Assembly: GCF_044704955.1 (NCBI RefSeq) | Contig: NW_027250770.1 | Span: 1 to 64,000 of the forward strand | Direction: 5' to 3' | Source of the DNA: Pristiophorus japonicus | Taxonomy: Eukaryota | Length of the DNA stretch: 64,000 nt | Shown here: in pieces, positions 1 through 11,945 of the stretch | Layout of the letters: each line of letters begins with the position of its first letter | Position numbering within the stretch: position 1 is the first letter of the stretch | Position numbers and translations under genes: made by a program | The notes under the pieces: model-generated | Told to the model about the DNA's origin: nothing | What the model saw: the letters and a program-made list of their open reading frames with translations, nothing else | Databases searched by the model: none

Positions 1-974
1 GAGCAATGCAAAGCATTTGGTGCATCAATTAATGAAGGACAAATCTTCTCTGGATTGTTCTATTACAATCCAGCAGACGGCAATTGAAGCCTGTGCTGGT
101 ATCACATACACATATAGAGGTACAGATATAAAGATCGCAATAATCCATATCACAATTCCTGGTTCCTTTGATAATTTATACTTGACCCCATGAGCTGCAG
201 TCTGCCGCGTTACAGTCCCATTGATGGAGCCTCCGACTGGGAATTCTAGTTACTCAAGTTTTGATCTAATTGTTATTGATAACCTTTATATTTTTAAATA
301 AAACACCCTCTGGTACAACTGTGAGAGACATACACTTGGCATCACAACAGCTGGCCATAACTGGGTTAAGGTCAGCACCGAATCAAACTGCACAATGGCG
401 ACACTCAATTAAAGCATTTATTATAATGATTTCCCTTTCCAGGTGCAAATTAAAAATGTTACCTCAAACCAATAATATCCCAAAGCTACGGATAATCGGT
501 TCTCACTGATCGACACCGTTTAATCTTTAGTGTTGAGGACATTTCCATGGTCGGTGGGACAGTAATGTAATTTCGATTAGAGAGCGAGGCAGTGTGATTT
601 AATTCTCACCCAGATAGCTTTGGGCGGACTGTGCGAACTCCTCACAATTATACAGATAGGTGTAGATCTTCACTTTTAACAGTTAGAATTGCTCAGCGTG
701 AAATTAAGTAACAGTCTTCACACGGGTGGACTGAGATCCAGTGCCCGATTTGGGTCAGGAACGATTGTATTAAGTGTGGAGCTGCACAGGCGCGATGGAT
801 GCTATCTGATAAAATGTAATGTTGTTCCCTAACTTAGCTTTCCCTGCTGGATAACCGGGAAGCATATCCATCCCAGAAGCAGTTGCCGATCACAAAAATA
901 AAGACTTCCATTTATATAGCTGCTTTCTCGAAAACAGGATGCTCTTTCGAGACAATTAACTACGTTTTGGAGTG

Positions 975-1170
975 TTATCGCTGTTGTAATGGAGGGAAAC
1001 ACGGCAGCCAATTTGTGCACAGCAAGATCCAACTAACAGCAACGTGATACATGACTAAATGATATTTTAGTGCAGTTTCTTGAGAGATAAATATTGAACA
1101 AACACAGGGAAGAACTCCCCTGCTCTTGTTCGAAATAATGCCATGGGATATTTTACATCCACCTGAGAGG
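975..1170 (-). mobile_element. SINE-like fragment (shark DeuSINE/SacSINE-like)
   Basis: Contains 'gggagaactcccctgctctt...atgccatggga..tttacatccacctgagag', which I recognise from recall as a common shark SINE segment; not aligned. Confidence 0.45.
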
Positions 1171-1436
1171 AATTGGACACGGAGTCAATGTGGGCTGTTT
1201 GTGGAGAATGTAAATCCTGACACTGATTCAGTGTTCTACTGAAAATCTTTTGGATATTCGGTATATAATCCCCAGCAGTATATCGGCAATCAAAGTCAAG
1301 GTAATTTTGGGTAATGTACAGAAAACATGGATTATTAATGATGTATTATATTTTACAGAGTTGGACTCAGACAGGAAAATAGGGGAGGAGTCAGTCTGCT
1401 GCTGGGGGAGGCGTGTGACTCCCAGTCCCCATCCCC

Positions 1437-1477
<41 letters not shown>

Positions 1478-1500
1478 AGGGGACCGGACAGTTTAAATAG
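1437..1500 (+). promoter_or_regulatory. IgH V promoter region: (CT)n(CA)n microsatellite followed by TATA-like TTTAAATA
   Basis: TTTAAATA at ~1492-1499, about 90 bp upstream of the leader ATG; no ATGCAAAT octamer seen upstream, consistent with octamer-less shark IgH promoters. Confidence 0.5.
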
Positions 1501-1587
1501 CGGGACCCAGCTCCAGGTTCACAGTCAGGAGGCGGTGTTGCGGCGCCGAGACACCTTCCCGAGTCAGTTACACCGAGAGACCCGACG

Positions 1588-1633
1588 ATGGGACTTGCCC
1601 CCTGTCTCTGTTTGTTTCTGGCCTGCTTCACCT
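1588..1633 (+). CDS. Ig heavy-chain leader exon (MGLAPCLCLFLACFT)
   Basis: ATG at 1588, hydrophobic signal peptide, 46-nt exon with phase-1 donor T|GTGAGT, in frame with the V exon. Confidence 0.92.
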
Positions 1634-1755
1634 GTGAGTATTCCTCGCTGCTTCCGTGACACAATACAAGGCGGCTTCAGATATTGTGTTTTTATTGCTA
1701 TTCATTGATGTGAATGTTCTCGAAAGTAATTGCAATTTATTTCATTCACTGACAG

Positions 1756-2058
1756 ATGTCCATTCCGAAATCGTGCTGACCCAGTCGGCTTCTGTGTCGA
1801 TGAAGCCCGGAGAATCTCACAAACTATCCTGTTCAGTGAGCGGGTTCGATCCGGACAGCTACTACATGTCCTGGGTTAAACAAGTTCCCGGGAAGGGGCT
1901 GGAGTGGCTGCTTGCTTACTATAAAGCTGGCAGTACCACATATTACGCGCCTGGAGTAGAAGGTCGGATCATCCCTTCAAGTAGATCTTCCACAACCTAC
2001 ATCGAGATCAAGAATCTGAGAACCGAAGACACCGCCATGTATTACTGTGCAAGCCACC
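1756..2058 (+). CDS. Ig heavy-chain V segment, unrearranged, IgW(omega)-like framework
   Basis: Acceptor GACAG| at 1755; (Y)VHS-EIVLTQS...LSC...WVKQVPGKGLEWLL...EDTAMYYCAS with the canonical Cys/Trp/Cys; open frame; directly followed by an RSS. Confidence 0.95.
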
Positions 2059-2096
2059 CACAGCGACCCGACCCGTGTTGGGTTCGTACAGAAACT
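2059..2096 (+). other. V 3' recombination signal sequence (22-bp spacer)
   Basis: CACAGCG (2059-2065) + 22 bp + ACAGAAACT (2088-2096). Confidence 0.92.
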
Positions 2097-2446
2097 GAAT
2101 GAGAGCAATTGCAACAACTTCCATCGAATTCTAGGTCAGTAACGGTGTAAAGTATATCAAGAGATGTGTTTAACCTAGATTGCAAGAATGTATTTGCTAC
2201 AGCAATAAACTGTTTAAGAATAAAATGCACATTAACTAACTTTGTATAGATGAAGATGGTTTATCGTTACTGTGTCCAGGATTAACAACGAGGATTCAAT
2301 GAAAGGTTTAATATTGTAACTATGGGTAGGATTTTGGTCCATTTCTGCGCTCTCAGAAAGAATCATCATTAGACAATCAAAATCTGATAAATCTTTCTGT
2401 TGATTGAGCAATTTATTTCTGCCAGCGTTAATCAGAGAATGAGTCG

Positions 2447-2474
2447 AGTATTTGTGCGGGTCCCTGCCACTGTG
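2447..2474 (-). other. D 5' RSS (12-bp spacer)
   Basis: AGTATTTGT (2447-2455) + 12 bp + CACTGTG (2468-2474). Confidence 0.88.
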
Positions 2475-2497
2475 GTACTACAGCGTACAGTGGGTGG
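2475..2497 (+). CDS. Ig heavy-chain D segment, single, 23 nt (GTACTACAGCGTACAGTGGGTGG)
   Basis: Flanked by two 12-RSSs; all three forward frames open (VLQRTVG / YYSVQWV / TTAYSGW). Confidence 0.88.
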
Positions 2498-2525
2498 CAC
2501 AGCAATTACTGTCAGTACAAAAACC
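2498..2525 (+). other. D 3' RSS (12-bp spacer)
   Basis: CACAGCA + ATTACTGTCAGT (12 bp) + consensus nonamer ACAAAAACC. Confidence 0.92.
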
Positions 2526-2849
2526 CCTCAGCACTAATTGAGTAAGTCTGGGTCAGTGCTCGCTTTCACAATCCACTGTATCTGCAGTGAAGTCCTATTT
2601 ATGTCCAGCACTGTCCTACCAGCACAGTTTAATATGGATAAACTGATCATTATTCATTGATCAGTTGGTAATTTCATGAACTGTTCACGGGTTGCTCTGT
2701 GAAATATATAACACCAGTGCATTTATAAAGAGTGAACAATATCCATTAATACATTTATCATTTTATGAAGATCCATTGTGGTTCTACTTTGTCTCTGGGA
2801 TGTGAATATTTAAACTAATGTTGGATTGCTGTCTGTTTTACGCAGTGCC

Positions 2850-2888
2850 GGTTATTGTGTGACCCAGCCCCGGGAATGTAACACTGTG
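2850..2888 (-). other. J 5' RSS (23-bp spacer)
   Basis: GGTTATTGT (2850-2858) + 23 bp + CACTGTG (2882-2888). Confidence 0.9.
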
Positions 2889-2936
2889 ACGGCATGGGCT
2901 ACTGGGGACAAGGCACCATGGTGACAGTGACAGCAG
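2889..2936 (+). CDS. Ig heavy-chain J segment (GMGYWGQGTMVTVTA), mu-type
   Basis: WGxG motif, phase-1 donor G|GTAAGA. Confidence 0.95.
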
Positions 2937-3009
2937 GTAAGAAACATTCACTCTTTCAGCAACTGTGGAATTTGTGTCTTTATTGTATATTTCTGTGTAT
3001 TTCAATAAT

Positions 3010-4300
3010 TCACTGAATCGCTGGGTTCTGTACTGAGATTTGTTGCTATGTTTCATTTGATTCGGCTGCAATGCTTTTATGGAAAGAAACTGCTTCTCCA
3101 CAGAACATGTTGTTGAGGGATTGATCCCCAGATTGGTGTGATTTGGTGTTTATTTGCTGATGGGACTCTGTGCCTGGGTTACTTCAAACACCCAATGGTT
3201 GTTAAATCCTTTGGTGTTTCTGCAATGCTTAGTCTCTGCAAGATCTAATTGCTGCATGTTTTCTGATCAAATGCAAATATTACATTTAAATGTGTTTGAA
3301 AGATGGTTTTAGGCAGAAACAGAATGCTTTAGATGTTATAAGTAAATGTAAGATATTGTATTGTGTTTTATTTTTTGATAATTGCAATGTCATTTATTGA
3401 TCAAAAGTTGACGAATGCTCATATATGTGAAATGTTACTGTAATGAAGAACTATATAATTAATATATTTGTGATATGAATCAGATTGAACTTAATACAAA
3501 TTAATAGAAATAGCACGCAATAGCACAACAATATCCTATATCAATATTAATTGATTAACCTGATCCGTCTAATCACAATTCTGCTCTCATTATTTTATAT
3601 TTCTATTTATTTCAATAATTAATTCGTTCAGTGATAGACGGGTTCGCTTAATTCTGCATTGACATGTTTTGGCAATGTTACATTTGATTCCGCTGAAACC
3701 GTTTATAGAATTAAGCTGCTTCTCCACAAAACATTGTGTTGTTGGGTCCAGCCGCTCAGTGCTGTGGTTTGCTGTTTATCTGCTGAGCAGAGAGTTTGCC
3801 TGGGTTACTTTGAATAACAAAACTTTTGTGAAACTGTTTGGCTTTTGTGCGATGTTTATCTGAATGACATCAAACTGCTGCAAGTTTTTATGATCCGTTT
3901 AAAACTGTTTTAAAGATAATTGTAGGCAGACAAAAAGTAGGTTTCATAAATCAAAAATCTTTACTAAATAATGTTCTCCATCTTATTATTAAAGTGAGAA
4001 TTACAGGTTCAACTATTAACCTATGCTTTATGGTGCACACATTTAATACATGAAATATTACTGTAATTTCGAAATTTACGATTCAAAATTTGCAGGTTGA
4101 AAGGCAGTTAAATAAATATAACTCAAACAATTATAATGCGGTAATATTGCGCAATATCACTAAATATGCTTTGCAATTAATATTCTTGTATTAACCATTA
4201 TTCGCATCCCACAATTCTGCTGCGCACTGGTCCCAGTTAACGTGAGCAGAAAATTTTAGAGGCTGGCGACAATTTCTGATTAGGTCTGAAATGATTTTAA
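3010..4300. repeat. Degenerate ~630-bp tandem duplication in the J-proximal intron (third partial copy ~5480-5760)
   Basis: 'ctgcttctccacagaaca...tgcctgggttactt' at ~3080-3184 recurs at ~3716-3810; 'tgaaatgttactgtaat' ~3428 vs ~4051; 'cacaattctgc' ~3574 vs ~4210. Confidence 0.7.
3271..3278 (+). promoter_or_regulatory. Perfect octamer ATGCAAAT in the J-C intron
   Basis: Exact motif ~335 bp 3' of J; function inferred only. Confidence 0.35.
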
Positions 4301-6377
4301 TAACAGCATACTGATTCCACCGCAGTTCAAGGAGGGTCTGAAATTAATTATCTCCCTGTTTTACACAGATCCACAACAGATTGTATTCAATTATCAATTA
4401 AATGCGAGTTGTAAATTACAGTTTGTAAATGTCATAAATCTGACCGGTTATTAAATTCTAAAATTATGTAATTTCTTCAATTAAATATTTTGTTTCATAG
4501 CGAGACAATTATCACTAAACTAATCTGTACCATTTGTAAGATGATAGCCTGAGCGTTAGACGTCGCTGCCAGTCAGAGTATTGTTCATACGATTCTATTT
4601 AAATTCAAGGAAAGTTCAGACTGACAGACACACAACCCACTCAAAGTCAAGCTGATTAATTTAATTACCATAAGGTCAATGTTATTTTTGAATTGAATAA
4701 CAACATCCAGTCTCCCATAGCTGTGCGGCATATGGGGTAGAATTATAAAGAGTGAACACATTACATTTAAGAGTTATGTTTAACTGTGGTTCATGTTAAA
4801 TTGATCACCAAAATCTCTCCTCCATTTGCTCATTAAATGTCAGTGTCGCAGATGGCCTGAATGAATTCTTCCCCGCCAATATTACGTTGATCATTCTGGA
4901 AAGTAGTTTCAATAAATAGCTTAATAATTGATTAACGGGCATTTTGTGAATTACAGGAGTAAAATATAAAAAAGATTATGTTATTCAATAGCGGAGTCTA
5001 TGTTGCCGACTGCACACTAGTCTGTTGCCTGTTACTTCATAAAATATATTTTACAGTTAAGAATGAGGATAATGTTTAAACTGGAGGGTCCTGATTTAGA
5101 AAACATACAACGTTACAGCCCAGCGATAGTTAGTGAGATGTAACAACGGCCAGACATTGAACTATTTAAAATAGTCCACTCCTAAATCCATCATGTGAAA
5201 TCCACTCTGAGAAAAGAGGGAGTTTATGTTGTATCAGAGAGTTCAGAAACATGCAGAGTTTACATGTGTCGCTAGAGAGCGGGAATATATTGGAAGCTCC
5301 TGATCATTTTAACTTATTCAAATGTGATTTGAATCAAGTAAACATAATATATTAGTCTGAATGTCTTCATCTTTTAATATGATTCTTAATATGTTAAAAT
5401 TGATAAGTGCCATATTAACGTAACTGAAACGCTAATATGTCACATGTTACGAAGCAGGAACAGGATTAAAATGAATATTAACTAATTTTATTATAATGCA
5501 GTATTAGATCAGCAAACATCAATATTACTTTAGAGTATAATATCAGTGTGAACTGATTAACCATTAATGACCTCCCACAATTGCACTGTATACTGGACAG
5601 GATTACAGTTACTGCAACATCTCTAGGGTTGGCGAGAATTTTAAATTATGTCTCATATTAACTTAGTAAACAATACTTGTCTTACTCAGTTTTGTTCAGA
5701 TGGATAAGGTGTCGCTGCAGATTTTAATGAATTAACTTCGTGTTTTGCCTCGATGATTTTACAGGTTATATTTAATTATGAAATTATATTGAACCAGTGG
5801 CTAATCGGTTTTCAATGTAACTGTTTCTTGGTTTGTTAAATTCCTACTCTGAAAGGGAGTCCCGATAAAATGCAGCAAATTATCATGGAATGTAGATTAT
5901 TTCGATATAATTGTTTTCAGGATTTGTACGATTGTAGAGATGGAGGGAGACATGATTGGAAGTCGAAGAATGTTTTCCAAATTAATATCAGTTTAATTTT
6001 TTTTAAAACGTGCACTTTGAGATGATCGGAAATTGACAAGAGACCAATTGTAAATCAGCTTTATTGAAACTGACAGATGGAACCGATCTATCTGCTGAGA
6101 GCAAGATTGTGCCTGTTCTATTTCTGTGCGCCTGCTCACTGTGTGAGAATCAGGAGCCCTCCTGATTGGCTGTAAACCTTCCGCTTTGTCCTCTTGTATT
6201 TCGTTGAGTACAATTCGACTCATTTATTTGAGAAGCTTGTATCTCTGAAAAATGTGACAGTTTCAGGTTAAGTTTGAGGAGGCACCTCACAAATGGGGCC
6301 AATAACGCAATTTGTGGCATTCAGAAGCAGAAGTTCAAAAACACTTCTGTTAAACTGTTGAAGGTGCTTTAATCAGT

Positions 6378-7295
6378 TTCTAACCCATGCTATACCTGTC
6401 CCGAGAGTCCTGATGGGACAGTGTAGAGAGAGCTATACTCTGTATTTAACCCCTGCTGTACCTGCCCCGGTACTGTTTCGTGCGACAGTGTAGAGGGAGC
6501 TTTACTCTGTATCTAACCGGAGAGACTTGCCCTCGGAGTGTTTGATGGGACAGTGTAGAGAGAGATTTACTCTGTATTTAACGCATGCTGTACCTGCCGT
6601 CGGAGTGTTTGATGAGACAGTGCAGAGGGAGCTGTACTCAGTATCTATCCCATGCCCTGGGAGTGTTTGATGAGACAGTGTAGAGGGAGCTTTACTCTGT
6701 ATCTATCCCATGCTGTACCTGCCCTGGGAGCGTTTGATGCGGCAGTGTAGAGGGAGCTTTACTCTGTATTTAACCCCCTGTACCTGCCCTGGGAGTGTTT
6801 GATGAGACAGTGTAGAGGGAGCTGCACTCAGTATCTATCCCATGCTGTACCTGCCCTGGGAGTGTTTGATGCGGCAGTGTAGAGGGAGCTTTACTCTGTA
6901 TTTAACCATTGCTGTATCTGCCCTGGGACACTGGGAGTGTTGGATGGGATCGTGCAAAGGGAGAATTTATTCTTTATCTAACCCGTGTTGTAGCTGCCCT
7001 GGGTCAGTCTGATTGTGCAATGTATAAGGAGCTTAATTCTGTATTTAACCCGTGCTGTAACTGTCCCGTGACTCTTTGATAGGACAGTGTAGAGGCAACA
7101 TTTACTCTTTATCTAACTCGTGTTCTGTCTGCCGTGGTAGTGTTTGGTGGGACAGAGTAGATGGAGCTCTGCTCTCTATTTAACTAGTGCGCTACCTTAT
7201 CTGGACTGTTTGACAGTGCAGTATTGGCATGGCTTTTCTCGAAATCAATCCCTTGATACAGCTGAGCATAGAGTGCAGAGGGAGCTTTACTCTAT
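6378..7295 (+). repeat. 65-68-bp shark tandem repeat (G-rich strand on +), degenerate, in the J-C intron
   Basis: Unit tgtacctgccctgggagtgtttgatgggacagtgtagagggagctttactctgtatctaacccc, ~13 copies. Confidence 0.9.
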
Positions 7296-8029
7296 ATTAT
7301 TTGTAATATAACAGACCTGAAAATGCTTTATCCAGGGGCATTCAAGCAGCCTTAATTTGTATCCAACTAATAAAGTTCGAGTTAGCAAGGCAGATATGTT
7401 CAAATAAATATTTCCATTGCTCCAATGAAACAACAATGCCTTAATTGAGTTTAACCTTATTGCAAAATAACTGCTTCATTTTTGATTAATTGATAAACGT
7501 TAAACATTTTGAGTATCAGATAATGATTGAATGAGATTGGCCTGATCTTGAGTTCAATTTCAGAACAAACAGTTTCTGGAAAAGATTGAAATGGTCCAGA
7601 AAGCAGCGCCTGTTCTGATCTGATGGTAGGCTGGAAGTTAATTTGACAATTTAACTGGTGAATGTCGAACTCCTGCTTCAAATAACCATCATGGGAACGT
7701 TATGTTTGAAATCAGCATTTCGTTCAATTGTTTTTTTTTAATGCACCAGGTAGGGACAGACGCAGGTCAGATGCAGCTTTTGGACTGGGTCACAACACAA
7801 GGCACACAGTAACTGAACTGCATTTCTGTGAAGCATTTAAAGAAATACATTCAGCCTGCGATGAATTGCCATTCACAATAATCTTTCAGACTCTGCAACG
7901 GTATCCAATTGAATCGTTTGAGCCAAATTTCTCAGTCCCTTTATTTTAACTGTCCCATTTCACTATAACAGACAATAAACATAGATCTGATAGAGGTGTT
8001 CAACATGATGAAGCTTTTCTAGAACTTAA

Positions 8030-8990
8030 CCCTCTCTTTTAAAAAAAAATCCCCTCATTTTCCCTCTAGTTCTTTTGCCAATTATTTTAAATCTGTGACC
8101 TTTGGTTAACGACGTAATCACCAGTGGAAATCGTTTCTCCTGACTTGCTTTGACAAAACCTCTCTCAATTTTGAATACCTCTATTCGGCCTCCAATTAAT
8201 TTTCACTGCTTTAATACACAACCCCAGCTTTTCTAATCTTTCCACCTAACTGAAGTCTCTGGTCCTTGGTATCATTCTGGGGCCTTGTCATCCTTTCTAA
8301 ATTGTGGAGGTCAGAATTGTATACACGACTGCATCCGATGTCTAACCAGTGATTTGTAAAGGTTTAGCATGACACCCGTGATTCTGTATTCAAGGCCCCT
8401 TTTACAATGGCAATAACGCATACAATTTAGTAAACTTCTTATCAACTGGCCCGGTCACCTTCAAAAAGATGTGAATATGTACTCCCAGGACCCTCTGCTC
8501 TGGCACCTCCCTCAAATTAATGCCTGTTAGATTATATTGCCTCTACATGTTGTTCCTCCAAAATGCATTGAATTGTATCTGCCACGTGCCTGCCCATTTC
8601 ACCAATCTGTCGATGCACTCCTGAAGTCCGCTGCTATCCTGCTCACACATTCCCACGTTGCCAAGTTTGCATCATCCGTGAACTTGTAAACTGTATTCCC
8701 GATAACAAGTCCAGGTAATTTATATATATAACAGGAAAAGCAATGTTCTTCATACCGATCAATGGGCGACCCCACTAGTCTTCTGTCAGAAAAAACATCT
8801 GTTCACCACTGCTCACTGCCTCCTCTCCCGCAGCCAATTAAATACCCAAGTTACCTCCATCCCTTTAATCACATGTGCTTCTATTTTCCGAATCATTCTT
8901 TTATGAGATACTTTATAAAATGCCATTTGAACATCTAGAAATAACATATCTATTGCAACAGCATCATCGACCCTCTCTGTAACTTCACGG
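8030..8990 (-). mobile_element. Degenerate CR1 LINE 3'/RT fragment
   Basis: Reverse-strand similarity to the CR1 ORF2 C-terminus seen in better-preserved copies in this window. Confidence 0.6.
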
Positions 8991-9599
8991 TGTAGACCGA
9001 GATTTCAGTATCTGACCAATAAACCGCAGGTGTTTCAGTAATCCGCACAAACCAGAATCGAGAGATACCCATATCAGCAATAACCAGGTTCTTTATCCTT
9101 CCTAGCATAGACCCGGCTGATAACCAATCGATTTATAATGTTTAAGTTTTGCCAATATTAGGTATTTAGAGAAGAAAACCTGTCCTGATGTTTAGATTAT
9201 GTTCGGTTCGAACAACAACAAGATGTGACTGCAACGACCCAGAAAGCAGTGCATGTTCTCACTGGCGGGAGGCTGGAAAATAATTTGTAAATTTAAATGG
9301 AGCTTTTAAAGAGCATCGTTCCATATAACCGGCTTTGGGAACCGTACATCATTCGGATTATTTCATGGAGTGATTGGGAAGAGGATGGTCAGGAGACATC
9401 CAATCAGTAACAGGGGACAGATCACAACTCATACTGCATCGCTCTTCCTCCAATTCGGAGCAGGAAAGAGAAAAGCCCGAATCAATCCCGATTGAGATCA
9501 AACTTGAATCCGAGATATCAGGCTGTGCAAAAGTTCCCGGTTCAAATCAGAGCGCTGAAGTAATCAATTCACATTTTAAAGGAGACTTCAACCATTTAT

Positions 9600-9960
9600 T
9601 TTCCTGGGAACAAAGAAGATTTAGATGAGGTCTGATAGAGGGGTTTTGGAACTATGAAGGGTTTTATGAAGGGATTCGGGAAACATATTTCCCCAGGTCG
9701 GTGAGTTGGTGAGTAAATGGCACTGATTGAATATCAGCAGCAAAGGAATGAAGGGAGAGGGTATTATTGTACTATTCTACACAGGTGCTGTTGGGACATG
9801 GGTTGTCCTATCAGAAAGAGGGCTGCATGCAGAATCCATAACAGCTTAATAAAATTGAACGTTTGAGAAGAAGATTGGGAATTGGAAGGTGAACGGGATT
9901 TGTGGAGAGATCGTTCAGAGGCGTGATGGGCCGAATAGCCTCCTTCCGTGCTTTAAAGTT
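9600..9960 (+). mobile_element. Degenerate CR1 3' end
   Basis: 'gaggtctgatagag...' through 'gatgggccgaatagcctccttccgtgc', a CR1 3'-terminal motif. Confidence 0.55.
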
Positions 9961-10730
9961 GTATTATTTTATCACTCTCGGTCATGCTTATAAACATGCC
10001 GGGATTAAAAAAAAGTTAATACAACTAGTAGATCTTGCTGTGGAAGTTGTGTGATTAGGATAATTCACCCCACCGCTATTCAACCAAGTGTATCCCCTGA
10101 AAACAATACTTGTAATTATATAGCGCGTTTAATGTAGTGAAACGTCCCAAGACGATTCATACGAGCTTAAGGAGGTAAAATTTGATATCAGGCCACATCA
10201 GCAGTTTTCTTTAGTATGGTCAGCAGTGATTCTGGCAATTGACCAAAATCTTGGTCCAAGAGGTTAGTTCAAACAGCATCTTAAAATGGAGAGTTGACTC
10301 CACTTTAATATCATGGAATGGCCTGATTCCGTGCTGCTAATAAGATTATGAGAGCAAAAGGATGCAGGAAGGAACTCAGAATATATAATGTGAAATAATT
10401 TACTGTGAAAGTGATTGGAGATTGAGGGGAGAGTTCCATAATAGCAGGAAGAAATCCACGATACAATATCCCACCATTCACTCCGTAAAAAGGGGCCTGC
10501 TGGACAGAATGCCCCTTTAAGTCTCGTGACTATCCTGATGTGCAGGACTGGAGTTACGTGGAGGCGTTTCACGTCGGATCTCATAACTCCTTGTAATTCA
10601 AATGTTGACGTCGGGTTTGATCGGTAAATGATGGATTTAGTTTACCCCGTAGTGAAACGTTTAGTTGTTTGGTTATTTTATAAGCACTGATTACAGAGTC
10701 TAACTTGTCCACTTGGCCAATCTTTCCCAG

Positions 10731-11030
10731 CGACACCATCTGCTCCCAAACTCTATGCCCTGCTCTCCTCCTGTGAACAACCCCACACTGGCGGCCCCGT
10801 CACCTATGGCTGCTTAGCGATGGACTACTCCCCGGAAATCACCAGCCTTTCCTGGAGGACAGAAGAAGCGCCGATCACCACTGGATTGAAGACCTACCCG
10901 TCAGTCCTCAACAAGAAGGGAGCCTACACACTGAGCAGCCAGTTAACCATCAGCAAGTCATTGGTGGGGAGTCGCCCAATCTACTGCGAGGTTCGACGAG
11001 GTGGCTCGGTCTGGGACGTAAAAATGCCAG
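10731..11030 (+). CDS. IGHM: IgM heavy-chain CH1 exon
   Basis: TTCCCAG| acceptor, 300 nt, (A)[16 protein letters not shown]...[17 protein letters not shown]...[25 protein letters not shown]...IYCEVRRG, G|GTGAGT donor; matches recalled shark Cmu1. Confidence 0.95.
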
Positions 11031-11034
11031 GTGA

Positions 11035-11945
11035 GTGCTGTGGGATACAAGGAAGGCAAATTGTGAAAAGCAGAGATGATATGTTCAACTTCTATACAAC
11101 CTTGGTTAGACCAGACTTTGAGTAATGTGCACAGTTCTGGTCTCCATCTTACACTTCGAGTCATTGCACAGCTCTGGTCTTCATATCACACAGTGAGTGC
11201 TGCGTACAGGTCTGGTTTCCACATCATATTTAGAGTATTGTACACAGATAAGGTCTCCATAACATATTAAGAGTGCTGCATACAGGTCTGGTCTCCATAA
11301 CAGATCTCAGTGTGCATTACGATCTCCAAATCAAAATTCGAGCATAGTTCTGGTTTCCATCTCACACTCAGAGTACTACGCACATGTCTGGTCTCCATAT
11401 CACATATAGAGTACTGTACACTGCTCTAATCTCCGGATCATATCAACTGTAATGTGCATAGTGCTGGTTTCCATATTATAAGAATGATACAGAGGCACAA
11501 GGACGACACCAGAACTGAAAAATTGCAACTGTCAATAATTGCTAAACGGAGTGGGATTCGTTTCTCCAGAAAAGGGAAGGCTGAGTGGTGATCAAATGGT
11601 GGTCTGTAAAATTATGAAGCGATTTAAAGGTTAAACGTAGATAAAATATTTTGCTTGAACAGGAGCCCGATATTGGGGCCATAAATACAAGATATTCACT
11701 AATAAATCCAATAGGGAGTCCAGGAGAAAGTTCTTCACCCAAGGAATTGGTAAAATATGGAACTCCCTGCCGCATGGAATACGAGGCGAATATCATAGAT
11801 GCGTTTCAGGGGAATCTAGATAAGTACACGAGGGAGAAAGGCATCTAAGGTTATGTTGATAGCGGGTAGGCAATAGGGAGAGAGGAAGCCCATGTGGAAC
11901 ATAAACATAGGCCTGTTGGGCCTAATGGCCTGTTTCGGTGATGTA
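11035..11945 (+). mobile_element. Degenerate CR1 3' fragment containing a ~45-50-bp tandem amplification (11120-11480)
   Basis: CR1 motif 'LYTTLVRP..EY..QFWSP' followed by repeated 'gagtactgtacacagttctggtctccat' variants. Confidence 0.65.

Noticed and set aside
1250-1708. 152-aa ORF over the Ig promoter
   Set aside because: Runs through the (CA)n microsatellite and overlaps the real leader in another frame; no recognisable domain
2066-2087. Hairpin potential in the V RSS spacer (acccgac...gttgggt)
   Set aside because: Short, needs a G-T pair, plausible by chance
2479-2492. Internal TACAGCG/TACAGTG in the D as cryptic heptamers
   Set aside because: They lack the essential CAC, and their spacing to the nonamer is not a clean 12/23
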